Of a stretch of 64,000 nt of DNA, positions 33,443 to 44,390 are shown piece by piece. Each line of letters begins with the position of its first letter. Within the stretch, counting starts at the first letter, position 1. The notes beneath the pieces were generated by a model. It was not told where the DNA came from. It ran no database searches and saw only the letters and a list, made by a program, of their open reading frames with translations. The DNA comes from Leptospiraceae bacterium. Its GTDB lineage: Bacteria; Spirochaetota; Leptospiria; Leptospirales; Leptospiraceae. The stretch spans positions 35,341 to 99,340 of the forward strand of contig JAGRNF010000008.1 in NCBI GenBank assembly GCA_020440865.1. The letters are read 5' to 3'. The position numbers and the translations under genes are program-made.

Positions 33443-34711
33443 ATGTCCATTTCAAAAAAAACGATAAAAGATATAGATGTAAGCGGCAAAAGAGTTTTGA
33501 TGAGGGTTGATTTCAACGTACCTATAAAAAATGGAGTGATTCAGGATGATACCAGAATCAAAGCTGCTCTACCTTCGATTCAATACTTATTAGACAATGG
33601 AGCGAAATCCATAGTTTTGATGTCACATTTAGGAGATCCCAAAAAAGATTCTAAAAAAAATAAAGAGAAAGCTGAAAAATCCGGCAAAGAATTTGATGAA
33701 GCATCTTATATTGATGGTCATCATCGATTGGCCCCTATCGGATCCCATCTTTCCGGTTTGTTGAAAAAACCGGTCGAAGTTACCAAAAGTTGCATCGGGG
33801 AAGAGATAGCTCAGCTTGTAAATAATTCCTCTAATGGAGCGATTATTTTACTCGAAAATACTAGATTCCATAAGGAAGAAACTTCTAAGGAAGCGTCAGA
33901 ACGGGAAACACTAGCAAAAGAATTGATCAAATATGGTGAAGTGTATGTTAATGACGCTTTCGGAACCGCACACCGTGCACACGCTTCCACAGAAACTGTA
34001 GCCAAATATCTTCCTGCAGTAGCCGGGTTTCTAATGGAAAAAGAATTAGAATTCCTGGAAGAAAAAATTGTTAAATCACCTGCTAAACCATTTGTAGCAA
34101 TTGTTGGAGGAGCGAAAGTTTCTTCAAAAATTACAGTTATTGAAAAATTATTAGAAAAAGTCGATCGTATTATCATTGGAGGAGGAATGGCGTTTACTTT
34201 TCTCAAATCTATGGGAAAAGAAATTGGTGGTTCCCTCTGTGAAGATGATCAACTGGATGTCGCAAAGACTACATTAGAAAAAGCTAAAGAAAAAAATGTC
34301 GAATTCATTCTTCAAACTGATGCTATAGTTGCTTCCGAGTTTTCTAATGATGCAGAAACAAAAACTGTCGATATAGATAGTATCCCTTCTAACATGATGG
34401 GTTTGGACATCGGACCAAAATCTATTGAACTATTCAAAAAAGCTCTCTCCGATGCAAAGACTATTTTTTGGAATGGACCTGTAGGAGTATTCGAATTAGA
34501 GAAATTTTCAAGAGGTACTATAGAAATTGCTAATACGCTAGCAGGTGCATCCGGTGCTATCACTGTGATTGGTGGTGGGGATTCAGTTTCAGCTGTGAAC
34601 AAAGCAGGTGTTGCCGATAAAATGTCCCATATTTCTACCGGAGGAGGAGCATCTATGGAATTAGTTGAAGGTAAAGTTCTTCCGGGTGTTGCGGCTCTTA
34701 ACGACAAATAA
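33443..34711 (+). CDS. pgk: phosphoglycerate kinase
   Basis: The PGK signature regions run through the protein. A Lys/Glu-rich insert of about 25 aa sits near residues 68-95. TAAGGAGG ribosome-binding site. Confidence 0.9.
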   Translation: MSISKKTIKDIDVSGKRVLMRVDFNVPIKNGVIQDDTRIKAALPSIQYLLDNGAKSIVLMSHLGDPKKDSKKNKEKAEKSGKEFDEASYIDGHHRLAPIGSHLSGLLKKPVEVTKSCIGEEIAQLVNNSSNGAIILLENTRFHKEETSKEASERETLAKELIKYGEVYVNDAFGTAHRAHASTETVAKYLPAVAGFLMEKELEFLEEKIVKSPAKPFVAIVGGAKVSSKITVIEKLLEKVDRIIIGGGMAFTFLKSMGKEIGGSLCEDDQLDVAKTTLEKAKEKNVEFILQTDAIVASEFSNDAETKTVDIDSIPSNMMGLDIGPKSIELFKKALSDAKTIFWNGPVGVFELEKFSRGTIEIANTLAGASGAITVIGGGDSVSAVNKAGVADKMSHISTGGGASMELVEGKVLPGVAALNDK

Positions 34712-34776
34712 AAATAATAATATCAATCGGATTTGTACAATCCGATTGAGTCTCCTTCATAAACTTAAGGAATGAA

Positions 34777-35697
34777 TTGATGGATTTCAAAGAATTATCA
34801 TACTTTGAGGGAAATATTGTTCCCTCGGACCAGGCAAAGCTTAGTATTCAAACTCACGCATTACAATATGGTACTGCTGTATTTGGTGGAATACGTGGGT
34901 ACTACAATAAAGATAAAAAAAATCTATATATTTTCAGAATTTTAGATCATTATAAAAGATTAATCAACTCAACTAAAATTATGCAATTGCAGTTTTTTAA
35001 AAAACCCGAAGAATTGGTTGAAATCACTCTGAAGTTAGTTAAAGAATCAAATTATCACGAAAATATTTACATAAGACCTTATATTTACACATCTGCTCTT
35101 CAGCTATCACCCCGGTTTCATGATGTCAAAACAGATATTGCAATCTATATTTTGAAATTAAATGATTATTTAGATACGAAAAAAGGTCTAAAAACTATGG
35201 TATCCAGTTGGAGGAGAATAGAAGATAATATTATACCTACTATGGCTAAAGCTTCCGGTGGATATGTGAATTCAGCATTGGCTAAATCTGAAGCAGTTCA
35301 AAATGGACTTGATGAAGCTATATTTTTAGACTCCAATGGATTTGTATCAGAAGGATCTGCAGAGAATATTTTTCTGGTAAGAGATGGTGTTCTTTATACC
35401 CCCCAATTGTCTTCATCGATTTTAGAAGGTATTACGAGACGTTCTATTATCCAAATTTCTCGAGATTTGGGTTATACAGTAGTAGAAAAAACTATCTCCC
35501 GAAGTGAATTGTATGTAGCTGATGAATTATTTTTTTGTGGAACAGGTGTTCAGGTAGCATGGATTAGTGAAGTTGATAAACGAACTATTGGAAATGGTAC
35601 TATTGGTCCTATCACTGAAAAGATTCAGAATGCATACTTCCAAATTGTTACCAACCAAAGCAATTCATACAATGACTGGGTCACTCAAATTTACTAA
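34777..35697 (+). CDS. class IV (branched-chain/D-amino-acid) aminotransferase
   Basis: 306 aa; fold-type IV PLP pattern with catalytic Lys in ...PTMAKASGGY... Confidence 0.7.
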   Translation: MMDFKELSYFEGNIVPSDQAKLSIQTHALQYGTAVFGGIRGYYNKDKKNLYIFRILDHYKRLINSTKIMQLQFFKKPEELVEITLKLVKESNYHENIYIRPYIYTSALQLSPRFHDVKTDIAIYILKLNDYLDTKKGLKTMVSSWRRIEDNIIPTMAKASGGYVNSALAKSEAVQNGLDEAIFLDSNGFVSEGSAENIFLVRDGVLYTPQLSSSILEGITRRSIIQISRDLGYTVVEKTISRSELYVADELFFCGTGVQVAWISEVDKRTIGNGTIGPITEKIQNAYFQIVTNQSNSYNDWVTQIY

Positions 35698-35703
35698 AGG
35701 TTA

Positions 35704-37104
35704 TTGATGGTTCAATATGATTTAATTATTATCGGTGGGGGTCCGACAGGCGAAAAAGCAGCCAGAAGAGCAGCTGAACTTAAGAAGAAAGTAGCTCTGG
35801 TGGAATTCAATAAAGAACTCGGTGGTGCTGTAGTTACAAATGGTTCTTTAGCTTCAAAAATCCTTAGAGAAACGATTTTATTCTTCAACTGTGGAGGAAA
35901 ATCGAATCGATTCGAAGCCGATAGTACAGATAATTTAGAAGAAATCAATGACCTGTATTATAGGAAAAAATTTTCAATAAACTCTGAAACAAAGTCAATT
36001 TTAGAAGAAATACTTCTTAAAGGGATTAAGCATTATACCGGATGGGCAAAGCTAGAAAATCAGAATACGATTTCCATAGACAACCGTGGAAAATTGACTA
36101 AGATAAGAGGAGACTATATTTTAATCGCTACAGGTTCATATCCTTTTCATCCTTCCAATATTCCTTTTGATTTTGAAAAGATTCATGATTCAGATTCTAT
36201 TTTAAACTTAAAAAGATTTCCTAAATCACTAAGTATATTCGGTACAGGAATCGTTGGATGTGAATTTGCATCCATGTTTGCTCTAAAAAAAATTCCGGTA
36301 ACCCTTATGGATTCCGGTAATACTATTTTGCCTTTTCTTGATAATGAGGTTTCCAATGAAATGCTTCATATTATGAAGAAATCAGGTATTAAATTTTTAT
36401 TTAATGAGGAAATCAAAGATATATACAATCCTGAAGCATCAGAGACTAATCTAAAAATATATTTCCACTCCGGTAGAGAAATAAGTTCTGATATGTTTCT
36501 ATTTGCCAATGGAAGAAATGCAAAAATATCCGGAATGAATCTGGATAAATTAGGCATTCAAACGGGAGATAGAAACAATATATTAGTAAATTCTAATTAT
36601 CAAACAAATATCCCAAATATATTTGCTGCTGGAGATGTAATCGGTTTTCCTGGGTTAGCGAGTACAGGAATGAGTCAGGGAGTTTCTGCGGTGAATAATA
36701 TTTTTTCAGTAACTAAAAACGAAACAATTACAAGTATCTTTCCTTACGGTGTATATACAGTACCCGAAATTTCTATGGCAGGATTAACTGAAGATCAGGC
36801 AAAGAAATCTAAAATTAATTATGGAATAGGGAAAGCCTATTATAAAAATATACCTAAGAGTAAAATCCAGGGAATTGAAGATGGATTTTTAAAAATTTTA
36901 TATGATAGAAATTCAAGATACCTCTTGGGTGTTCATATTATAGGTGAATTAGCTACTGAATTGATACATTTCGGTGTACTTATGATAGAAAGTAAGATGA
37001 CACTGGAAAAGATTCACTCTATGATTTTTAATTTTCCAACATTTCACGAGTTGTATAGATATGCTATTATTGATGCATTAAATCAGACGGATTCAAATGA
37101 ATAA
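35704..37104 (+). CDS. SthA-like FAD/NAD(P)-binding class I pyridine nucleotide oxidoreductase lacking the redox-active cysteines
   Basis: GGGPTGE and [11 protein letters not shown] dinucleotide motifs. [23 protein letters not shown] aligns with GGGCTHWGTIPSKALR of SthA, but no Cys is present. C-terminal dimerisation domain. Overlaps the next permease gene by 8 bp. Confidence 0.6.
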   Translation: MMVQYDLIIIGGGPTGEKAARRAAELKKKVALVEFNKELGGAVVTNGSLASKILRETILFFNCGGKSNRFEADSTDNLEEINDLYYRKKFSINSETKSILEEILLKGIKHYTGWAKLENQNTISIDNRGKLTKIRGDYILIATGSYPFHPSNIPFDFEKIHDSDSILNLKRFPKSLSIFGTGIVGCEFASMFALKKIPVTLMDSGNTILPFLDNEVSNEMLHIMKKSGIKFLFNEEIKDIYNPEASETNLKIYFHSGREISSDMFLFANGRNAKISGMNLDKLGIQTGDRNNILVNSNYQTNIPNIFAAGDVIGFPGLASTGMSQGVSAVNNIFSVTKNETITSIFPYGVYTVPEISMAGLTEDQAKKSKINYGIGKAYYKNIPKSKIQGIEDGFLKILYDRNSRYLLGVHIIGELATELIHFGVLMIESKMTLEKIHSMIFNFPTFHELYRYAIIDALNQTDSNE

Positions 37105-38107
37105 TTATTTTTTAAAACGATTTTTATTACTCTTTCCCACTTTACTTGGTATTACATTTGTTGTTTTCTTGATCTCTCATTTGGCTCCCGGGGGTCCTTT
37201 AGAGGCTGAATTGTCTAAATTGAAAGCTCTGAGTAGTGAATCCGGAGCTAGTCAAAAGCAAATCAGCCAGGAAGAGATTGACCTAATTAAGAAGAGATTG
37301 CATTTAGATAAACCTATTCCTATTGCATATTTATATTGGTTAGGTCAAATCATACAGTTTGATTTGGGAGAATCAAGAATCAATTATAAAAAAGTAAGTG
37401 ATTTAGTATTAGAAAAATTACCCATTTCCCTTTCATTTGGCCTGTCAGGGTTTATTTTATCTTATTTAATCTGTATACCTCTCGGGATAATGAAAGCTAT
37501 GAAAAACGGAGAAAAGTTTGATATCATTTCAAGTTTTATTATTTTCTTTACCTATTCTATTCCAACTTTTGCTCTGGCTATGCTATTATTGTACTTTCTA
37601 GCTTCAGGTAATTTTTTCTCCCTTTTTCCACTCGGTCATGAAGTTTCTGACTATTATGAAAGTCTGGATACCTGGGATAGAATAGTAGATCGTTTGCATC
37701 ATATGTTCTTACCAGTGTTCTGTTATACTTTTCATTCTTTTGCGGTGCTGACAATTTTGATGAAAAATTCTCTACTTGAAGAAATAAGCAAAGATTATGT
37801 TCGCACTGCTCTCTCGAAAGGTATGAACTTTAAAGAAGCAGTTTACCGTCATGCATTTAGAAATTCTCTGATACCAATAGCTACCGGCTTTGGAAGTAAT
37901 CTAGGACTGATCATGGCAGGGTCATTGATCATTGAATTAGTTTTCAATATTGATGGAATGGGACTTCTGAGCTTCACTGCGGTTAAGCAACGTGATACTG
38001 ATTTGATGATGGGATTATTGCTAATTCAAAGTTTTCTCTCTCTATCCGGAAATATTTTATCGGATTTATGTTATGTTTTAATTGATCCCAGGATAAAATT
38101 TGAATGA
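37097..38107 (+). CDS. ABC transporter permease, OppB/DppB family
   Basis: Six transmembrane helices; the ABC permease EAA-like motif region. Confidence 0.8.
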   Translation: MNNYFLKRFLLLFPTLLGITFVVFLISHLAPGGPLEAELSKLKALSSESGASQKQISQEEIDLIKKRLHLDKPIPIAYLYWLGQIIQFDLGESRINYKKVSDLVLEKLPISLSFGLSGFILSYLICIPLGIMKAMKNGEKFDIISSFIIFFTYSIPTFALAMLLLYFLASGNFFSLFPLGHEVSDYYESLDTWDRIVDRLHHMFLPVFCYTFHSFAVLTILMKNSLLEEISKDYVRTALSKGMNFKEAVYRHAFRNSLIPIATGFGSNLGLIMAGSLIIELVFNIDGMGLLSFTAVKQRDTDLMMGLLLIQSFLSLSGNILSDLCYVLIDPRIKFE

Positions 38108-39141
38108 ATATTTTGAATCCAACAACCAAAAGAAGACTCCTTAAATTTAAAAATAACAAGAGAGCTTATTATTCATTTTTAATTATAATGGTTACCTATA
38201 TTATTTCAATATTCGCACCATTACTTGTAAATGATGTTCCTCTGCTAATTAAATATGATAATAAACTATATTTTCCGGTACTATTTTTCTACCCTGAAAA
38301 GAATTTTGGTGGAGAGAGATTAACGGAGCCGAACTATAAAAAATTAAGCCAAAGAGAAGATTTTCAATCAGGTAAAAATACAATTTTATTTCCTATAGTT
38401 CCCTATGGCATAAATGAAAGTCATCTTGAAGATTTTAAAGAAAATGAATATCCTCCAACTGCCCCGGACAAAAAACATTGGATGGGCACTGATGATCGTG
38501 GAAGAGATGTGTTTACCCGGATTTTTTATGGTTATAGGATTTCTTTAACATTTAGTTTTATACTAATATTTTTTGAAATTCTAATCGGAATAATGATTGG
38601 TGGGATCCAGGGATATTTTTCCGGCATTGTTGATTTAACTATGCAAAGGTTTATCGAAATTCTCTCATCAATTCCATTTTTGTATATGATTTTAATTATG
38701 GGATCTTTCTTCGGTAGAAGTTTCTTCATATTACTAATTACTTATTCTGTATTTGCATGGATAGGAATTAGTTTTTATATGAGGGGAGAGTTTTATAAAC
38801 TAAGAAATTCTCAATTCGTTGAGGCAGCAAGAGCTCTTGGAGTTCCTACTTATAAAATAATTTTTAAACATATTTTGCCTAATGCCCTGACTCCTATTGT
38901 TACCTTTCTTCCTTTTTCAATCATAGGATCTATTTCAATCCTTTCAGCCTTAGATTTTCTCGGATATGGCATACCTGCTCCCAATCCATCCTGGGGAGAA
39001 TTGATCGGGCAGGGTAGAGAAAGATTATCCGCCTGGTGGTTGATTGGATTTCCATCATTAGCATTATTTTTAACCATTCAACTTACATCTTTTGTTGGTG
39101 AGGGGCTGAGGGATTCTTTTGATTCGAGGAAGGTAGATTAA
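38104..39141 (+). CDS. ABC transporter permease, OppC/DppC family
   Basis: Permease with a long N-terminal periplasmic loop typical of OppC. Confidence 0.8.
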   Translation: MNILNPTTKRRLLKFKNNKRAYYSFLIIMVTYIISIFAPLLVNDVPLLIKYDNKLYFPVLFFYPEKNFGGERLTEPNYKKLSQREDFQSGKNTILFPIVPYGINESHLEDFKENEYPPTAPDKKHWMGTDDRGRDVFTRIFYGYRISLTFSFILIFFEILIGIMIGGIQGYFSGIVDLTMQRFIEILSSIPFLYMILIMGSFFGRSFFILLITYSVFAWIGISFYMRGEFYKLRNSQFVEAARALGVPTYKIIFKHILPNALTPIVTFLPFSIIGSISILSALDFLGYGIPAPNPSWGELIGQGRERLSAWWLIGFPSLALFLTIQLTSFVGEGLRDSFDSRKVD

Positions 39142-40121
39142 TGAATATATTAGAAATAAAGAAACTATCAGTAGATATACTTTCTCAATCTATTTACCTT
39201 CCGATTTTACAAAATATAGATATATCTATTCAAAAAGGTGAAGTTTTATCAATCGTAGGAGAATCAGGTTGTGGAAAATCCTTAACAGCTTTATCTATAA
39301 CAAAACTATTACCTGAAAAGATTACCCGATACACTAGTGGATCTATTAATTTTCTAGGTGAAGATATTCTGAATTATACCAACGAACAATTAATGAATGT
39401 ACGGGGAAAGGAAATTTCTTATATATTTCAGGATCCATTTACTTCATTAAATCCAATTAAAAAAATCAAAGATCAGATCATTGAGTCTTTTATCATTCAC
39501 ATTTCTAAGAACAAAAAGGAAGCTATCGAGAAAGCGGAGTTTTTGTTAAATAAAGTTGGAGTTAACGATATAAAAACTCGTTTAGAATCCTATCCCGGTC
39601 AAATGAGTGGAGGAATCCTCCAACGTATTTCTATAGCAATGGCGTTAATGTGTGATCCTATTCTTCTGATTGCGGATGAACCAACTTCTGCTCTGGATGT
39701 GAGTGTCCAATCGCAACTCATTGAACTATTGATGGATATAAAAAATGAGAATCAAATGTCGATTCTTTTTATATCTCATGATATTGGAGTAGTTTCAAAT
39801 ATAGCTGATAAAATCGTTGTTATGTATGCAGGACAGGTTATAGAAGAATCAAATTACTTGGATATCATCCAAAATCCTTTGCATCCTTACACTCATGCAT
39901 TGATAAACTCCATACCATCCTTAGATAAAATCAAAGATGGATCAAAACTAGAAAGTATACAGGGTATTGTTCCTGCTCCCCAGGACTACCCTCAGGGATG
40001 CCACTTCCAGGATAGATGTTCTAAATCTATAGATATATGTTCTCACAAAAAACCTGAGTATCTGTCCATAAAACATCGAAAAATTCGTTGTTTCTTGTTT
40101 GGAGATAAAAGCCATGATTAA
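39141..40121 (+). CDS. ABC transporter ATP-binding protein, OppD/DppD family
   Basis: Walker A GESGCGKS; LSGG signature; C-terminal oligopeptide-type extension with Cys cluster. Confidence 0.85.
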   Translation: MNILEIKKLSVDILSQSIYLPILQNIDISIQKGEVLSIVGESGCGKSLTALSITKLLPEKITRYTSGSINFLGEDILNYTNEQLMNVRGKEISYIFQDPFTSLNPIKKIKDQIIESFIIHISKNKKEAIEKAEFLLNKVGVNDIKTRLESYPGQMSGGILQRISIAMALMCDPILLIADEPTSALDVSVQSQLIELLMDIKNENQMSILFISHDIGVVSNIADKIVVMYAGQVIEESNYLDIIQNPLHPYTHALINSIPSLDKIKDGSKLESIQGIVPAPQDYPQGCHFQDRCSKSIDICSHKKPEYLSIKHRKIRCFLFGDKSHD

Positions 40122-41073
40122 AATTCAAAATTTATCCACACAATTTTCTCTAAAATCCAAGAATTTATTTAAAAAAAATATACTGAAAGCTGTTGAAAAA
40201 GTAAATTTAATAATTCCTAAAAATTCAGTAATGGGTTTGGTAGGTGAATCTGGATGTGGAAAATCAACCTTAGGAAGAAGTATACTTCGATTGATTGAAC
40301 CGTCAGAAGGGGAAGTTTATTTTTATGATAATGATATTCTAAAATTTACAAACAAAGAGATGTCTAGCCTAAGAAAAAAACTTCAAATTGTATTTCAGGA
40401 TCCATATTCATCTTTAAACCCTAGAATGACTATTTTTGAAATCCTTAAAGAAGGTTTGGACATTCACTATAATTATTCAAAAGCGGAATCAATAGATAAA
40501 TCTATGGATATTATAACTAGAGTTAATTTAAAAAAAGACATTCTTCAAAGATATCCGCATGAATTTTCAGGTGGTCAAAGACAAAGAATTTCCATAGCAA
40601 GGTCATTAATCTTAAATCCAGAATTTTTAGTTTGCGATGAGGTCACCTCAGCTCTAGATGTATCCAATCAAGCACAAATAATTAACCTATTAAATGAATT
40701 TAAGAAAGAGTTAAAATTATCTATATTGTTTATTAGTCATGATTTAAATATAATAAGCTATTTCTCCGATTATATTGCAGTTATGTATTTAGGAAAAATA
40801 TTAGAAGTTGGAACTAAATCAGATATTATTAATAATTCCACTCATCCATATACAAGAGCTTTGTTTTCAAGTATATTTGACATTTCTAAAAGAGGTCAAA
40901 AAGTCAATTTATTGAAAGGTGAAATACCGGGATCAATAAACAAACCAACAGGTTGTTATTTCCATACCAGGTGTCCTTATGCCAAAGAAAGATGCAGTCA
41001 TGAAGTTCCCATAGAAACTAAAATTTCAGGAACTCAATCTACTTACTGTCATTATCCTCTTAATTCTAAATGA
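40099..41073 (+). CDS. ABC transporter ATP-binding protein, OppF/DppF family
   Basis: Walker A GESGCGKST; FSGGQRQR signature; C-terminal Cys-containing extension. Confidence 0.85.
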   Translation: MEIKAMIKIQNLSTQFSLKSKNLFKKNILKAVEKVNLIIPKNSVMGLVGESGCGKSTLGRSILRLIEPSEGEVYFYDNDILKFTNKEMSSLRKKLQIVFQDPYSSLNPRMTIFEILKEGLDIHYNYSKAESIDKSMDIITRVNLKKDILQRYPHEFSGGQRQRISIARSLILNPEFLVCDEVTSALDVSNQAQIINLLNEFKKELKLSILFISHDLNIISYFSDYIAVMYLGKILEVGTKSDIINNSTHPYTRALFSSIFDISKRGQKVNLLKGEIPGSINKPTGCYFHTRCPYAKERCSHEVPIETKISGTQSTYCHYPLNSK

Positions 41074-41414
41074 AGCATTTTATATCTCTATTTATACTAT
41101 CCTTTTCAATCCTATATTCTCAGCCGTCTGTTCAGGAGAAGCAAAAAATTGACTATTTGTTGAAGTCAATTTCGGAATCTAATCTTATTTTCATTAGAAA
41201 TGGAATTGAGTATGATTCCCAAAAAGCAAGAAGCCATCTCGAATCAAAATACAATTATTATGAATCAAAAATAAATTCAGTAGAAGACTTTATTGAGATA
41301 TTAGCTACAAAATCTTCAATCACCGGAATCTATTACAAAATAAAAACAAAGGACAACCAAACTATATTAGCAAAAGATTGGTTAGAAAAAAAGTTAAAGT
41401 TATATGAAAAATAA
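41070..41414 (+). CDS. small secreted hypothetical protein
   Basis: 114 aa with signal peptide; overlaps flanking genes on both sides (4 bp and 11 bp). Confidence 0.4.
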   Translation: MKHFISLFILSFSILYSQPSVQEKQKIDYLLKSISESNLIFIRNGIEYDSQKARSHLESKYNYYESKINSVEDFIEILATKSSITGIYYKIKTKDNQTILAKDWLEKKLKLYEK

Positions 41415-42219
41415 AAGAAAAAGTAAACTTCGAGAGTGGTCTACTTACCTACCTATTTCCAAAAAAGAATATTTCTTTCATATTTTATTGATTATTGATT
41501 TGCTTCTTCTCTTATTGAAAACATCATATGAATTGTATTTTCCTAATAATCTAAACTTGTTCATATTTTTCTTTGATTTCATTGTAGCTTCTATTTGGGG
41601 TATAGAGTTTATAAAAAGAATTCATGGACGGGAAGAAAAATTTAGATACATTCAGGATCGATGGTATCATCTTCTTGGGATATTTCCTATTCCAATCTTT
41701 AGATTTTTCTTATTTTTAATCACATTAAAACAATCTATTCTCATTTATAAATTTATAAGAAGAGGAGAGAAAAATGCAGCTATCTTTATAGATAAAGAGA
41801 TTAATTTCTCATTTATGGATTTATTTATAGATACAATCTCTGATGCAATATTTTTAAGATCCTTAGAACGTGTTAATGAGGTCGTAGAAAGATTAGATTT
41901 TTCTAAACTCTCCGGACCAATCTTAGAATCAAATAGAGAAAATCTTAAAATAGTAGTTAAAGATTCATTAGATAATAAAACTTCTATAGGTAAAATAACT
42001 TCCAATCCTTTATTCAATGGATTATCCGATCAGTTGTCAAATGACATCACTAATGTAATAATTGAAACCGTAGAAAATGAAGTAATTGGTAAAATATCAA
42101 GAGAATTGAATATTAAGCTTTTAAAAGAAATGGAAAAACATGTAAAAGAATTAGATTTAGATCGTATTACTGCTCAGACTCTTGAAGAGGAAAATCAGGG
42201 TAATGATATATTACCCTGA
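41404..42219 (+). CDS. hypothetical membrane protein
   Basis: N-terminal helices with an IWGIEF-type segment faintly like ion-channel transmembrane helices, plus a soluble C-terminus. Weak call. Confidence 0.35.
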   Translation: MKNKRKSKLREWSTYLPISKKEYFFHILLIIDLLLLLLKTSYELYFPNNLNLFIFFFDFIVASIWGIEFIKRIHGREEKFRYIQDRWYHLLGIFPIPIFRFFLFLITLKQSILIYKFIRRGEKNAAIFIDKEINFSFMDLFIDTISDAIFLRSLERVNEVVERLDFSKLSGPILESNRENLKIVVKDSLDNKTSIGKITSNPLFNGLSDQLSNDITNVIIETVENEVIGKISRELNIKLLKEMEKHVKELDLDRITAQTLEEENQGNDILP

Positions 42220-42230
42220 AAATTAAAAAA

Positions 42231-43160
42231 TTATTTTTTCTTTAGATATGCTTTGATGGAGTTGTGGTAAGGAATTCCGATATCAATTTGTTTGAGAGCA
42301 ATTTCTTTACCTCTAGAAAGAAACGTATTACTTTCTTCATCCATTGCGTCATCATTTTCATATATCAACTTACCTATAGCTTCAAGTTTTTCAGGAGTTA
42401 CAGTTTCATTTACTAAAAGGAAAGATGCAGTAACGGGTACTTCAATCTCTTCTTTCAACCATGGATAGGTTCCATTATTGATAGTCATAGCAATGTATCT
42501 GGAAGCTAGAGTGTTAGGAATTTCAGCTTTTGTGTAAGATAAAAGTCTGATTTTCTCACCTGCGTCAGCATCAACTGATTTGAGTAGAGGAGTTCCCATT
42601 GCAGAAACCAAGAACATTGCATCAATTTCACCATCGATGAGTTTCTTGAGAGCTTCAGCATCTTCCATGTATTGAAATCCGGATCCTTCTGCATTTACAT
42701 CAACATCAAGAATAGTTTTAGCTATAATTTTTGTAGTTATCCAAGTTCCGGATTTTTCTTCACCCATAGCTACTTTCTTTCCAGCTAAATCAGCCAGACT
42801 ATTGATTCCTGAATTATTGTTAACTAGTATATGAACAGTTTCGTTGTCTATAGGGGCAACAGCCAGACATTTATTGACCTTATCTTTGTACTCACCACCC
42901 ATACCAACAAAGACTAGAATTGTATCAAACTGAGCAAAAGCAAAATCAGCTTTTCCTGCACTCAAATCCTCAATGTTTTGAAAGGAACCATTTGATTCCA
43001 TCACTTGCAAATCAAAGTTCTTATCTAAAATCTTTTTAAGTACCATACCACCTTTGTAATAATTTCCATCCGCACTACCGGTTAGAATGGTTACCTTTTC
43101 CTTTGCTTTACAATAGGAAAAGAACATTAATAAAATGAAAAGTGTAAGAATTTTTTTCAT
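42231..43160 (-). CDS. TAXI-family TRAP-type solute-binding protein (tentative)
   Basis: Lipoprotein signal FFSYC; the N-terminal TILTGSADGNYYKGG motif resembles the TAXI/immunogenic-protein family. Confidence 0.5.
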   Translation of the reverse strand: MKKILTLFILLMFFSYCKAKEKVTILTGSADGNYYKGGMVLKKILDKNFDLQVMESNGSFQNIEDLSAGKADFAFAQFDTILVFVGMGGEYKDKVNKCLAVAPIDNETVHILVNNNSGINSLADLAGKKVAMGEEKSGTWITTKIIAKTILDVDVNAEGSGFQYMEDAEALKKLIDGEIDAMFLVSAMGTPLLKSVDADAGEKIRLLSYTKAEIPNTLASRYIAMTINNGTYPWLKEEIEVPVTASFLLVNETVTPEKLEAIGKLIYENDDAMDEESNTFLSRGKEIALKQIDIGIPYHNSIKAYLKKK

Positions 43161-43274
43161 CTTTACTCCTTGATTTTTGTGAATTTAGTCTCTAAATGAA
43201 GTTTTTAAGAGTCTTATAATATCTGAGTTTTTTGGAATATTTATACAAGAAGAATATTTAAATTAAGAAAAAAA

Positions 43275-44369
43275 TTAAGTTTGAATATCAAGTTTTGAAT
43301 TATCATAGTACTCACATTGATACTTTTCATAAAAGAAATTGTCCATCTCATCAGCTTTTAAGGCTAAATTAACAAGATTTTTCTGGATTTTTGACTTATC
43401 TTCTCCCTGAATATCAGAAAGATTGATACGATAAGATATATAGATGACTGAATCGCTTATACCTAATAAAAATGGCTCAACCTTATTACTTAATATGTAC
43501 TCATAAAGTTCTAATAATCTATTCTTTGGGAGCTTATTGAGAGGACTCACAGCAAATAAATAATTATTTCTGTAAACAAAATACCTTACCTGAGCACTAC
43601 CCTGGTAAAATTCCCAGTAATCCAATCCCTTTCTGGCTATCACTGGATCTAAATTTAGATCCTTAAAGACTTCTTCTACAAATACAGCGATATATGTCTT
43701 AGGAGTTTCTTTAAAGAGATTTTCGATATCTAATTCATTTCCACAGTTTGGACAATATTCAGTTTCCTCATAGAGGGGAAAATTACAGGAAGGACATTTT
43801 ACTGAATAAATATAGTTTGGGTTTTGATCTAAAGCATCTAGTTCATCAATGACTCTGTCAATAGGTAGAGCAAATCCCATATTGTCAGCATTGCTAAATT
43901 TAGAAGTTGTAATACCGATAATTTTACCATTATTATTGACTAGTGGTCCTCCACTGTTACCTGGATTGACTGCAGCATCTGTTTGGATGTACTTTTGCCC
44001 GCCTAAAAGTTGGTTAACTGAAGAAATAATCCCCTCAGTAATCGTAAAAGGCATTCCATATGGATATCCTAGTACCGAAACTTTGTCCATATTTTTTAAG
44101 TACTTATGTTTTAAAAAAGAAACTTCCGGCATTGAGTCTAAATGCTTATGAGGTTTTAAAATGGCTATATCTATCAGTGGATTTACTATTATTACATCAG
44201 CAGAAATTGTTTCCTTCGATTGTGTTTCAAAAGCTACACGTCGAAATCCGGATATAACATGAAAATTAGTTATGATAAGATGTAATTTTTTGTAATACAA
44301 TCCACTTCCGCTACCCTCGGATGTATTTATTTTTATAATTGCAGGGAATATGGATTCTAATTCATTCAT
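43275..44369 (-). CDS. cytoplasmic trypsin-like (S1) serine protease with zinc ribbon and C-terminal domain of unknown function
   Basis: No signal peptide. The catalytic triad is all present: His in the NFHVI segment, Asp in the IDIAILK segment, Ser in the GNSGGP segment. A C-x2-C-x14-C-x2-C ribbon (CPSCNF...CPNCG) follows, then about 150 aa that I cannot place. Confidence 0.65.
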   Translation of the reverse strand: MNELESIFPAIIKINTSEGSGSGLYYKKLHLIITNFHVISGFRRVAFETQSKETISADVIIVNPLIDIAILKPHKHLDSMPEVSFLKHKYLKNMDKVSVLGYPYGMPFTITEGIISSVNQLLGGQKYIQTDAAVNPGNSGGPLVNNNGKIIGITTSKFSNADNMGFALPIDRVIDELDALDQNPNYIYSVKCPSCNFPLYEETEYCPNCGNELDIENLFKETPKTYIAVFVEEVFKDLNLDPVIARKGLDYWEFYQGSAQVRYFVYRNNYLFAVSPLNKLPKNRLLELYEYILSNKVEPFLLGISDSVIYISYRINLSDIQGEDKSKIQKNLVNLALKADEMDNFFYEKYQCEYYDNSKLDIQT

Positions 44370-44390
44370 TATATAAAAGTCCTCTAGACA

